Origin: Malacoraja senta | Lineage: Eukaryota | Length of the DNA: 64,000 nucleotides | Assembly (NCBI GenBank): GCA_038087875.1 | Contig: JAXLNO010002127.1 | Coordinates: 310,001 to 374,000, forward strand | Reading direction: 5' to 3' | Part shown: piece by piece, positions 49,871-62,432 of the stretch | How positions within the stretch are numbered: position 1 is the first letter of the stretch | Layout of the letters: the number at the start of each line of letters is the position of its first letter | Translations under genes and position numbers: made by a program | Notes under the pieces: model-generated | Seen by the model: only the letters and a program-made list of their open reading frames with translations | What the model was told of the DNA's origin: nothing | The model's database searches: none

Positions 49871-52800
49871 ATGCTATGGTTAAATATTAACAGGTGTTTT
49901 GTGCATCATTGAAAGGAACAGTTATTCTTCATAATTTAAAGTTAGTCTTTTTAAACAGTTGTAAACTTGAGTTGTAAAACTTCTGACTTCATTAAATTAA
50001 ACTCGCTGTGATACAGTATCTTCTTTGACTATCTTAATCTCGTTCCCTTGAAGAGATGATATGTGTTTTGATCTGCCTTGTGTGAAAGCATTTCATGATT
50101 ATAATAGAGACACAAGGAACTGCAGATGCTGCTTTACAAAAAAAGATACAAAGTGCCAGAGTAACTCAGTGGGTCAGACAACATCTCTGGAGATCGTGCA
50201 TTGGTAACATTTCGGATCGGGACCCTTCTTCAGACCTGTGTGTGCAAAAATGAGCCTGAAGAAGGGTCCCAAACCGAAACGTTACCAATCCATGTTCTTC
50301 AAAGATGTTGCCTGCCCCGTTACTCCAGCATTTTGTATCTTTTTTTTAATGATTAAAATCGAGACAGATTGTTATAAACAACTCCTGTTGCAAGATTCAG
50401 TGATGTTGTGTTCCAAGAAAGTATTCCAATCTTTCTAAAACCAGGGAGCAATGAAGGAAAATGGCCACTGATAAAATTCAATTATCAAAGTAGGTATGTA
50501 TACTAAGAACAAGAGAAGGGTGACATGCAGATTGGGTAAGATGCCTTAAGGTTGGAGGAAGATTATGTGGAACTTAAGCACTGACCTAGACAGGGCCAAA
50601 TGACTTCAGTTCTACATGATCCTTGCTATGTGTCTAGTGACAGTATGGAGATTGAATGGAATTGGTTACATGTTCTCGAGTCATACGACATGGAGACAGA
50701 CCCTTTGGTCCAACTCATCCATGCTGACCCAGATGCCCCATCTAAGCTAGTCCCGTTTGCCTGTGTTTGGCCCATATTCTTCCAAACCTTTCCTATCCAT
50801 GTACCTGTCCAAGTATCTTATAAATGCTATAGGACCTGCCTCAACTACCACCTCTGGCAGCTCGTACCATATATCCACCACCCTCTGAGTGAAAGTATGT
50901 GTCCCGGAACAAAATGGACATTGTGTTATATTTGATTACATGTACCCAGACAGGATGGAGACAATGTTATTACTGTATGTGTCCTGTGAGGAGTGAGGAG
51001 TCCACGTGGACATTTTGTCAATTCCCAGTTTGCATCAGTTTAACAGTTGGGTCACATTGTACCATTATTCTTTGGGTTTTATTTTATTTGGCAGGTGAAC
51101 CTTGTTATATATGGACAAGATCAGAATGTTTTACTTAGAATAGAAAAACGTGATCCAATATTCATTGCACAATGGAAAGAGAAATTAACACTGCAGAATT
51201 ACTTCGATCATATTTAATATGAATGATACATGCCAATGATTCTTCACAAAAAAAATCAAGATAAATATCTGCGTAAGGTTTCTTCACTATGGATGGTAAT
51301 TCCTTCATTGAATTTGATAGAATCTACGTTTAATAAACAGTCGTCAAAATAAGCAGATTATTTTTTATTATTTTCTAGTCTAGAAGCATAATGCCGTCTC
51401 TTTTGTGTAGGAAGGAACTGCAGATGCTGGTTTATACCGAACATGGACACAAAATGCTGGACTAACTCAGAGGGTCAGGCAGCATCTTGGAGAAATGGAA
51501 TAGGTGACATTTTGGGTCAGAACCCTATTTCAGACTGAAACATCTATCTTGTACTGTCTCATTTAATTACTTAACTCTGGGCATGGTGTTGTGAAGTGAG
51601 AATATGCTATGGAGCTCCAGATTACTATCAGGATTTCAAATAACCATTGTCACAGGGAATGGTTTTGTCTAATTGTCTAATTTTGTCTCAGGGAATTGGG
51701 GTAAAATTTCAAAACTAACTTTTTAAAAAATATTGCCTTGTTTCTTTGCTAGGATAAGTCTTTGTCATGTGTACTATTTTATAACTGCATCTTAATGATA
51801 AATAACTGGTGATCATTTTCCTGGGTACAATAATCCAGTGACTTTGTTAATGAGTTTATATTTCCACCATTCCAGATGAATGAAACTGCATTGAATTTTA
51901 TAGTTTGTGGACTGACTCTAGAAATAAATGACTGTATAAATCGTTTGATTAGCTGGCTGCAAAGAGAGGTGTAATTGGCAGAAGATTTTGTGAGGTGATT
52001 CTACTTCTGCTGTCTGATAGGATTGCTGTGCCAACTAACTACTTTCTAGAGCTGTCTGGTTTCATCTTCATTTTGTGGTTGGATTTATGGTCAGCGTGAG
52101 CCTGAATGAAGTTTTATAATTATGTGTGCTGTCTCGCCAAGGCAAGATACATTCTCACCTCCATACCCACTGTCATAAAATTGAGGGGTTATCGGCAAAG
52201 GGGGGTGGCATCCACAAATCCTCTCCTTTCGATTACCATTTGGGGAAGAGTATTCAAGTCAACACTCTGCGGTGTTGCCTTACAGCGGCCTGCATTCCAA
52301 AACTTCCTTTTAAAAAGTTTGCTTGAATTTCCCAATTTTTTTTTTGTTTGAATATTTCAGATGAAGAGTTTGGCAATATTCTTCCATTCCCGATCCAATT
52401 TTAAACTGTAAATAGATCTCTGGAGTAAGTCATGCAAAGGAATCTTGATGTTTTAACTCTATAATGTACATGGTGACCAATTTGTGTTGACACATGACTT
52501 TCTCTGGTTGTCCAGAAATGTTTTGGCCAAGATTGAAAATGATTGACCAAAACGTATGAATCACTTGATCTTATTCCACAAAAAGAACTTCACAAAGTCA
52601 GCATTTTGACTATTGTCTCAATGGTGGTATGAAATGGCCTTAAATAAATGACCTCTATTGGGCTATGTGCGATACATCATGGCCTGATGGATTCCAACAG
52701 CTGAGTGGGCACTAATGTACCAAATTCCTTGGCAGATCACCAAGGAATGGAACTGACGTATATTCTAACAGCCCAGTCCTCTCAAAGCTGGAAGCCCACC

Positions 52801-53161
52801 AAAGGATCTCGACCCGAAACGTCACCCATTCCTTCTCTCCAGAGATGCTGCCTGTCCCGCTGAGTTACTCCAGCATTTTGTGTCAACCCTTTACCACACC
52901 TTGGTTATTTCCTTCAGGCCTTTGTGACCAGAACTCTGCAGTATTCTGGTGCATTATGCAGTTTCTGTTGAATATCTTCAGAGAGTACTCTTATAAGTTG
53001 ACATTCTGTATGTTTTAGTTGGTTGTTGTACAATATCCAAACAGTTGGGTGCTAAAATTAGAAGCAGAAACAAGGAACTACGGATGCTGGTTTAAAGAAA
53101 AAGATGCAAATTGCTGGAGTAACTCAGCGGGTCAGGCAGCATCTCTGGAGAACATGGATAG

Positions 53162-53636
53162 ATCATAAGATCATAAGTGATAGGAGTTGAATTAGGCCAT
53201 TCAGTCCCTCAAGTCTACTCCGCCATTCAGCCCATCAAGTCTACTCCGCCATTCAATCATGGCTGACCTATCTCTCCCTCCAAACCCCATTCTCCTGCCT
53301 TCTCCCCATAACCCCTGGCACCCGTACTAATCAAGAATCTATCTATGCCTTAAATATATCATTGACTTGGCCTCCACAGCTTTCTGTGGAAATAATTCCA
53401 CAGATTCACCACCACTGACTAAATAAATTCCTCCTCATCTCCTTCCTAAAAGAACGTCCTTTAATTCTGAAGCTATGACCTCTAGTCCTAGACTCTCCCA
53501 CTCGTGGAAACATCCTCTCCACATCCATTCTGTCCAAGCCTTTCACTATTCTGTATGTTTCAATGAGGTGCCCCCTCATTCTTCTAAACTCCAGTGCATA
53601 TAGGCCCAGTGCCATCAAACGCTCATCACATGTTAA
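53162..53636 (-). mobile_element. CR1 3' fragment
   Basis: LTCDERLMALGLYALEFRRMRGHLIETYRIVKGLD... Confidence 0.85.
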
Positions 53637-54602
53637 CTTACTCGGCCCGAAACGTTGCCTATTTCCCTCGCTCCATAGATGCTGCTGCACCCGCTGAGTT
53701 TCTCCAGCATTTTTATCTACCTTTGATACGTGACGTTTCAGGTCAGGACCCTTTTTCAGACTGACCCGACCCAAAATGTCACCGACCCATGTCCTTCAGA
53801 GATGCTGCCAGACTCACTGAGTTACTCCAGCACATTGTGTTTTAGGTGCTAAGATTAGTTTGACGACTTGATTCTCTCGTTGCCCATATCTCACTATTAT
53901 TTGAGTATATTCCAATTGTCAGCCCTTTGCATTGAACTGAACTGCAATTCATTTGCCTCAGTTCTACATGTTTCATCTATTCTGGTGCTTCTGTACTTCC
54001 CTGATTGTTTCATCAATGCTTACTGGTCCTCCTCTCCAATCCCAAATGCACACATAGTCAATTGTCAGTGCAGTTCTGAACACAGGTTATTTAAGTGCAT
54101 TCTTCTTGTCGAGTCCACACACAAGATTAGAAGTTGTTCAGCCAGAGCTGAACACACACTCGGCATCTGCACAATTGTGTGTCTTGTCACTTCTTGTGGT
54201 TTTTGTGCGTGGTAGTAGAAAGATTGGTGGAAACAGGGCCGTGACGTGAACGCTCTTTCCTTGACCCCATTTAAGTGTATTGAAAACAGCAGGCAGCATT
54301 CAGTGAGTCATCTCAACCACAATATATTTCTGGTCTTATGGCCAATTCTTTATCCATCTACACTTATTACTTGACATATGCAGTGTTTAACCCGATTTAA
54401 CAGCCATTAATGGATAGGTTTGCAGAAATGCAGGGACAATATATCACATGAGCTCTTGGAACAACGAAAATCTCCAATCTCCTTGACATTTTGGTGTGGC
54501 AGTCAGAAACCGTGTTAGTTACATGGTGGACTTCTATATGATAATCCTCAGACTTGTTCCCAATTATAGTTACAGGCATAAACCAAATAATCCGTCAAGT
54601 TT

Positions 54603-54807
54603 TTATGTTTAAGAAGGAACTGCAGATGCTGAAAAATCGAAGGTAGACAAAAATGCTGGAGAAACTCAGCGGGTGAGGCAGCATCTATGGAGCGAAGGAA
54701 ATAGGCAACGTTCCGGGTCTGAAGAAGGGTTTCGACCCAAAAGGTTGCCTATTTCCTTCGCTCCATAGATGCTGCCTCACCCGCTGAGTTTCTCCAGCAT
54801 TTTTGTC
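54603..54807. mobile_element. Palindromic Penelope-derived mini-element
   Basis: About 65-bp inverted arms around a mutated hammerhead core. TSD taatc(c/t)gtcaagttt at 54588-54602 and 54808-54822. Confidence 0.82.
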
Positions 54808-55861
54808 TAATCTGTCAAGTTTGTCATCTTTGTTTCATTCCAGTGAAACCTTGCTACGCATCGGCATCTTAAGAGATTGTTAGCCCTTGTCTGATATCAG
54901 TTCTTTTCGCTTAAAGAAAGGTCCCGACCTGAAACGTCACCTATCCATGCTCTCCAGAGGTGCGGCCTGACTCGCTGAGTTACTCCAGAACTTTGTCTTT
55001 TTTAGTGTATAAAGTTTTTTTTTCCACCGTAAACGCCATGTACTGTTCTCAGCTGCACAAATCTTTGCCACTGCATATTGAGGACAAGAAGTAATCAGAG
55101 CTGACAGGATCAGGACACTGAACAGTTATGTTCAGGCTCAGAATGGATTGGCTAGGCATTACAGGAATATTATATTACCTGTCCCACAGTAGGGGCTATA
55201 AACCTGTATGGTCTAGTCCCTAAGAGAATGCACAGGGCTATCAGGAAATATCACGTTGCATTAAGGAAGTGTGCTCAAGTCTACTATGGAAAAGAATACA
55301 TTACGCTCCATCCATTCACCCACAGTCTGCTGGATTCTGGAATGCAGCCAAGTCCTGTGACTAAATACACTTTTCCATTCCACTCATCTATTTATAGTTT
55401 GTACTCATTTATCATTTTATTAAAACAAATTCCACATATACATGGCCTGCCATTTCACAGCATGGTAATAATGCATCATATTTGTCAGTTGCCATTCTGC
55501 TTTCTATAACAGTGAACGTTCACCTCTGCTCTTGAGAAAATGCAAACTTTTGTAATTGAATGCCTTTTTACATTAAATTTAATCTCTGTCTTAATCAAAA
55601 GTACAGAACCTTCCCATTTATTTTTGATTTGGATTTCCATTTATAAAAACTAAATGCAGAAAATTTCACTGAAAGAGGAAGCTGAAAATTAAGGATCTTC
55701 AGAATTACTTACAGTAGGTTTAGAATATTTCGATGGATATGAAAAACAAATAATAAAAGGAAAAGAAAATATCCTGGATTGGATCAAAATCATTTTTGAC
55801 AAGAGAACCAGCTTCAGTCCAAAGAAGGGTCCTAACCCATAACATCATCTATCCATGTTCC

Positions 55862-56326
55862 TCAGTAGCGGCGGCAGCGGTGAAGCCTCGTGGCGGTGGG
55901 ACCTCGGCAGCGGTGAGGCCTCGCCAGCAGCGACGGTGAAGCCTCGGCGGCGTTGGTGGAACCCCTGCGGCAATGGGGCCTCGATGAAGGTGAAGTCTCG
56001 CGGGTCGACCTGCGGTCGGCGGTCGATGAAAGCGTGGGGGGAACCACCGTGGGGAGGGGAGGGGAAGAACAATGTATGACCCGGCATGGGTGGGACTGCA
56101 TGACGGGGGGTGCGGAAGAACAATGGACAATGGGGATGGAGGGGGGTGAGGGGGAGAACAATGGACAATGGAGAACCCGGAGTGGGGGAGTGGAGAACAA
56201 AGGGAGAGCCGGTGTACTTTGTAACTTTGTCAGCGGCGTAGATGGCTGCTATTTGCATGCCTTGTGTATGCAAGCAAAGAATTTCCCTGTGCCTTGTCTC
56301 ATGTGACAATGAGGTATTCCATTCCA
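55862..56326 (+). mobile_element. GC-rich non-coding retroelement with Rex/Babar-type tail, nested in a Penelope repeat
   Basis: Interrupts ccatgttc|ctccagagatgctgcc. Ends ...gaatttccctgtgccttgtctcatgtgacaat...(attcc)n. Contains internal short tandem motifs. Confidence 0.65.
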
Positions 56327-56912
56327 CTCTCCAGAGATGCTGCCTGAAAACCACAGGTGATATCGTTTTCTAAGAATTATCATGCCATAGAAACATAGAA
56401 AATAGGTGCAGGAGTAGGCCATTCGGCCCTTCGAGCCTGCACCGCCATTCAATATGATCATGGCTGATCATGCCATATTCATCTCCACTTTCCAACTACC
56501 CGGCTTCTCACACTGTAACATTTTTTATTTCTTTATAATATCCGGCCCCATTCTCTTTATCAGTTTTATATTAAATTAAATTGTAAACCTTTTCATGACT
56601 TTTGGAGCTCTGTGTACAATCATGAGTGATTTTCTAAGAAATACAGAAATTAATGAATGACAATTAAACACACAATCCACCGTGTACATTGATTTGAACT
56701 GAATTTTATTAAAGCCGCGTGAATGGCCAACAGAGCTACCATTATGACTGTATGTGGAAATTAGGGATATCATTGTTTGGCATGAGAAAGTGGTGACAAA
56801 TGTTACGCCACACTTCAGGATAATTTAGAAAGAGAATTCATAAAAATAATTATAAACTGATTGGCATGTCCCATTCGCAATGGGAACTCTCATTGGACTA
56901 ATTCTTAACATT

Positions 56913-57232
56913 TAGTTAAGTTTAGAGGTACAGCATGGAAACAGAACCTTCAGAACACCAACCATGCTGACCATCGATCACCCGTTCCCACTAGTTCCAT
57001 GTTATCCACTTTCTCATCCAGTCCCCACACACTAAGAGCCATTTCCAGCAGTAGTCAATTAACTTTCAAACCTGCACATTTTTGGGATATGGAAGGAAAC
57101 CGGAGCACCCGGAGAAAACCCACAGGGTCATAGGGAGTGCGTGCAAACTCTGCACAGACAGAATCCGAGGTCAGGGTCGAACCCGGGTCTCTGGCGCTGT
57201 GAGGCAGCAGCTCTCCCTGCTGCGCCACTGTA
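56913..57232 (-). mobile_element. HE1-type V-SINE
   Basis: Reverse-complement match. Confidence 0.82.
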
Positions 57233-57779
57233 CTGCATCTTGGTACCAAATCGGGTTTTTTTTCACTAATACTCTGTCACGGGTTGCCAGAAAATATCAA
57301 AGGTGACTACAATGAAAAGGCATCAGTCTGGAAATTGTGTTGCTCTGCATATATTTTATTCATTGAACTTATATCGAGTGTATAATAGAGTGGGCACACA
57401 GCACTCATTCCTTCTCACAGTGCACTGTTTTTGCTCCATGAGTAACTGAGAAATTGTTGTTCTTTACAATGCTTGTGCAATTCAATCTTTGGTGAACTGC
57501 TGTGTTTGTGAAAACCTGCACCATGCACTTTGCAATCGGTTGGTTCAGGCATTTGGTAGTCAAACCAGCATGGGATAATTGGAGACATTGTTCCTGCGTG
57601 TAGCTACACCTGCACGAACTATATCTAACTATACCCATAGGACAAGAAGGCTGTGTTGACATCAGGATGTATTTCTCTTACCATTATGCTTGAAAGAATC
57701 AACCTTCAGAAGGTTCTCAAGGCAGACTGAGAGTGTACAATCCCATACTTCAGCATGCAGAGCGGTTCTCAGTGGTAGT

Positions 57780-58116
57780 TCATGTCTGCAGTAGCTGTTC
57801 CTGAAACTGGTGGAGTTGGACTTCAGGTTTCTGTACCACCTGCCCAATGGTAGCAGTGAGATAGGTCACAGCCCAGTTGGTGAGGATCCCTGATGATAAT
57901 GCCACCTTCTTGAGGCAGTACCTCGTGTGGATTTTTTCAATGGTGGCGAGGGCTATGCCCAAGATGGGCTGAATTGGGTCCACCACTCCCTGCAGCCTCT
58001 TGCTTTCCTGTGTTTTGGAATTGCCGTACCAGGCCATGATGCAACCAGTCAAGAGACTTCCTACGGTTCATTTGTAAAAGTTTGTTAGTGTATTTGGTGA
58101 CATGCTGAATCTCTTT
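57780..58116 (-). mobile_element. Degenerate Rex1/Babar fragment
   Basis: TGCIMAWYGN...KRLQGVV...GRWYRNLKSNSTSFRNSY. Confidence 0.7.
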
Positions 58117-58739
58117 AGGGGTAGCACAGTGGAAAGCTGGTAGAACTGCTGCCTCACATCGCCAGAGACCCGTGTTCAATCCTGACCTTAGGTGTTGCCG
58201 GTGTGGAGTTTGCTCCTTCTCTCTGTGACCATGTGGTTTTGCTCTGGTTTCCTCCCACATCCCAAAGACTTGTGCGTTGGTAGTTTATTTGCCCCAAGTG
58301 TGTCGGAAGTAGATGAGAAGGTGGAATAACATATAACTAGTGTGAACGGGTGATGGATGGGCGGTGTGGATTCGATGGGCATGTTTCCGTGCTGTTACGT
58401 TAAATTCCACTCAAGTAATGAGTGGACACCCAACAGTTTTTCCAAATATCCCTTGGATGTGGCTCGATTCCAGCAAGATCTTGTTGGACATGAAGGACAA
58501 TGCGGCAGTGTGGGGTGGAGGAGGTTGGGGCCATGATGCGGCCTTGCTGGCCTCCAGCTTTTGTTGGCTTTGTGTCGGGCCCTGGGCTCAGGATGTCCAC
58601 ATGAAATGTGTAGCAAGGAACGGCAGAGATGCTGCCTGTCCCGCTGAGTTACTCCAGCTTTTTGAATTCTATCAGTTGTTCACATGTCCTGCCTCAAGTC
58701 CCTGGAGAGGGGCCTTCATGGCCATGGATGGTGTCCAAG

Positions 58740-59350
58740 TTGGGCGCGCTCCCGCGTACTCCTCAGCGCGCCCCCCTCAGCACGTAACTCTCAGCGCGCC
58801 CCCGCTGCCGAGCCCGAGCCGCCAGTGCGCATGCCCGGCGCTGTCGAGGCCGGTCGCCGGTCGCCATGGCGTCTCAGGTGAGCGGCGGCCTCGGGCCTGT
58901 GTGTGTGGGTCTGGGGCCTGGGGCCTGTGTTTCTGGGCCTGGGGCCTGCGGAGCGGTCTGGCTCGGATCTGGAACCCGGGCAGCAGCGACCTGGTCTGGT
59001 CTGGTCTGGCCTGGGTGTGGGGACCGGGGTGAGGGCTGGGTATCCGCGAGGTGAGGGGAGGGGAGGGGACGGAGTGAGTGTATGGGGGACGTGATGGAGG
59101 GGCAGGGGGAAGGGAAGGGAAGGTGGGGGGGGGGAGGGAGTGATGGAGGAGAGGGGGGGGGGGGGTACGCGGTCCGGGACAGGCCACGGTCGGTGGGGCA
59201 GCGCACTGCCTCAGCTGCCGGGATCTCGGCGCCTCTTGAATCCTGTGGCGGTTGGCGTGGGTTTGACCGGTTGTTCCCCGCGGTCTCGGCAACACCAGGC
59301 TGCCCACTCCGTGCAGTGGAGTAGGTCTGGGGCGGCTGCCGGGCGTGTGG
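58740..59350 (+). promoter_or_regulatory. CpG-island promoter of a second gene, with an NRF1-like site TGCGCATGCC (58826-58835)
   Basis: Sharp rise in GC and CpG in non-repeat sequence. Duplicated CTCAGCGCGCCCCC boxes, an NRF1-like motif, and a G-rich intron start downstream of a donor site. Confidence 0.75.
58866..58877 (+). CDS. Probable first coding exon fragment (Met-Ala-Ser-Gln) of an unidentified gene
   Basis: Strong Kozak context cgccATGG, then CAG|gtgagc consensus donor, inside a CpG island. No second exon recognised in the window. Confidence 0.55.
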
Positions 59351-60110
59351 GTGAGGGAGGGGAGAGGGGCCAGTGGGAGGGAGAAGGGAGCAAGCAGAGA
59401 GTGGGAGGAGGAGGGGGTGGGGTGGGGACAGAGTGGGAGGTGGAGATACTTTGAGGAATATCTTGGTGTTGGAGGGTCCAAAGTTTGCAATCGCAGCGCT
59501 GGAGATTCGGGTTCAATCCTGCAATCCTGACACTTGGGTGTTTTCTATCTGGAGTTTGCACGTTCTCCCTGTGATAATGTAGGTTTCCTCTGGGTGCTCT
59601 AGTTTTCTCCCACATCTGAAAGACTTGCGGGTCTGTAGGTTAACTGGCCTCTGTAAATCGCCTCTTGTGTGTATGGAGTGGATGAGAAAGTGGGATAACA
59701 GAACGAATGTGAATAGGGGATCGATGGTCGGCGTGGATTTGGTGGGAAGGGCCTGTTTCCCTGTTGTATCTCCAATTTAAACAACAGGCTTCTACAGTAA
59801 CATAGTAAACTCTGAAACTGTTATCTGTAAGGGTAATGGTGGTGAACTTGAACAAAATATCACACCCAGTGGACATTTGTCCGGCAAGATTTTAAAAAAG
59901 TAGAGCCTCCCATTACTTTTTTTGATTTCATTTCTGTCTGAATATCAGTGGCACGCAACAGTATGTATTTTTTCTCATCTTTGCCATTATACTGGCCTTT
60001 ACAGTTTTTATAGACAACAAATAAAAATGTGAGAAATAGTAGGGGCAGTCCTTTCAGCCCCGAGAGTTTGCACTATCTTTGGTGAATCAACTTTACGCAG
60101 CATTTTACTT

Positions 60111-60400
60111 TTTAGTTTAATTTAGAATTACCGCATGGAAACAGGCCCTTCGGCACACTGAGCCCATGCTGACAATCGACCATTCACACTAGTTCTGTTA
60201 TCCCACTTTCTCATCCATTCTCTACACATGAGAGCCGATTTACAGAGGACAATTAACCTACAAACCCGCACGTGTTTTAGATGTAGGAGGTAACCGGAGC
60301 AGCCCAGTGGTAAGTCACAGGGAGAATGCGCAAATTCCACAAAGACAGCACCTGAGGTCAGGATTGAACTGGGTCTTTGGCGCCATAAGGCAGCAGCACT
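60111..60400 (-). mobile_element. HE1-type V-SINE
   Basis: Reverse-complement match. Further copies lie at about 58117-58397 and 59497-59778 (+). Confidence 0.78.
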
Positions 60401-62118
60401 GCTAGCCTGAGTATTTTCCTGTATTTTGTTGTATGGAAATCTATCTGCCTCGACTATGAATCTAATCATTGACTCAACACGGACAGGTCTAGGGTAGAGA
60501 ATTTCAAAGAACATGCTCCATATAAAGAAGTGTCTCTTCACTTTAGTTTTGAGTAAGTTGCCTGTTGTTTTGCACCTGATTTCTGCTTATAGATCCGTAT
60601 CCAAGAGAAACATCTTTGCTACATCTACTTGTTGAGCCTTTTTAAAAAAAAGTATTAAGAATAGAGGCACTACTTACGCAATCTAGTGTCCTGTGACAAC
60701 CAGCCTTCTCAGTAACGTGGTGTACAAAAACATAAAGTTCTGGAGAAACTCAGCAGGTTAGGCAGCATCTGTGGAGGGAATGAACAGGTTGGATGAAGAA
60801 TGGTCCTGACCCTGAAACATCTATCCACTCATTCCACAGATCATCGCTGAGTTCCTCCAGCACTTTGTGTTTTGCCAAGATGTCAGCATCTGTAGTTTCT
60901 TGTGTCACCAGTCAGGTGACACTTTGCTACATTTCTGCTGTAGCAAGTATGTCCTACTTTAGGTAAAGCAACTAAACGTGCACAATACTCCAGGTGTGCT
61001 TCTGCCAAGGCATTAAAGGCCAATGTACCATTTTTGTTTCAAATTGCCTTTGCATGTTAGCTGTCAGTGACTTGCAGAGAAGGGGATCCAAGTCCATATA
61101 AACATGAACATTTCACAATCTTTAATTATTTTTAAATACTGACAAATTATGTTTTCATCAAAGCTGTTGAAGTGTTGAACAGGCCGGTTGATTTGTGAGA
61201 ATGAGGTCATCTTTTCTCTGGTCCCTGTAACTAAATTCTGGAGCTTATTGACCCCAGTTCAGTGGGAGCACGTTGATCACACACTACAGCTTTTCCACAT
61301 AAAAAGGCCTCAAGTGTAATTGGTGATGGGTAATAAATGCTGGCCGACCCAGCGAGCATTGATTTTGGGGGAAAAAGTGCAAGTCCATTTACATTACGCT
61401 GATGGCATTGTTGTTAAACACTTTCACTGCACTTATAAGAACGGTCCACAGTTAAGGCATAATGTGACTCTGGAGCAAAAGTTAATGTGATTCATTGAAG
61501 GTAACTGCAGGTCAAGTTCGAACATGATGCAGATATCTACTGCAGAAATATACATTTGTAATTGTAATGCAACTCAAGTAACATGGTAATCACGATCTAT
61601 TCAGTGTCACAAAGTTTACTTTTCAATTACTACCCTGGATAGAAATAATTTCAATGAATAATGATGTTAATGTTTTTCTTAATCAGGTTTTCAAACCTGA
61701 TATTTTTACTTGTTCGAGGCCAGAAAGTTGTTCAAGTAAAGCAATTGATTACAGTCTGAGCAGAGGACTGTTCTTTTTTTATCAGATGCTCTTATAAAAG
61801 CGCACTGTTTGGGTGGAATTTATTCAGAATAGTCTCTCAATCTTAAACATTGAATTTGGTTCATGGACAAAAGTATGAAGAAATGTTTTTATTCCAACTG
61901 ACTACTGAAAAATAAGCTGCTTATATAGTTGCAGATTTTCAGATTGGAATGATTTTTGGCCTTGACGTAAAAAGTATTTAAGGTAGATTCTGTAAATTGA
62001 GATTTAATATGTGCACTGCTTACCAACACAAAAGAGTGAAAACATTTTTTTGTAAATACTAACATGCAGCCATTTCTCCAAGATCAGTGGGCATATGTAA
62101 GTTCTGCTTAATAGGGAT

Positions 62119-62432
62119 ACTTAGATTTATTATAATACCTTTCACAACCTTGGAGCAACTCAAATCATTGTGAAACTAGTTCTGAGGTGTAGTTCTTGTA
62201 CTGGACAGCCAGTTTGTCCAGAGTAGCATCAGCCACAGTGTTTAGTGTTGCATCAGGCATGGCACAGATAAGTTTTCTTTGAAGTGGAGCCTAGCTCATT
62301 GGGCAAATGGGGATTTAATTGAACAATTCTTCTGAAAAACAGCATTGTCTATCAATGCAGCATTCCTTCAAAACCTAAGTTTTGGGACTTGAACCAACAA
62401 ACTTCACATTGAGGTGAGTATGCTGCCATTCA
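62119..62432 (-). mobile_element. Ancient DeuSINE (SacSINE1-like) remnant
   Basis: Degenerate blocks in the expected order: acttagatttat...cctttcacaacc, cagccagtttg, ctgaaaaacagca...tgcagcattccttca, gggacttgaacc...gaggtgagtatgctgcc. Confidence 0.5.

Noticed and set aside
54719-54750. Active hammerhead in the 54.7-kb palindrome
   Set aside because: GAAA is mutated to AAAA and the ACGT palindrome to AGGT, so the core is predicted to be inactive.
58364-59615. Long ORFs (222 aa +, 237 aa -) over the CpG island
   Set aside because: Low-complexity Pro/Gly-rich translations expected from GC-rich promoter DNA. The + ORF also runs through a repeat fragment.
61687-61845. Candidate exon 2 of the MASQ gene after tttttcttaatcag
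   Set aside because: The in-frame translation (VFKPDIFTCSRPESCSSK...) resembles nothing I recognise and reaches a stop without a strong donor.
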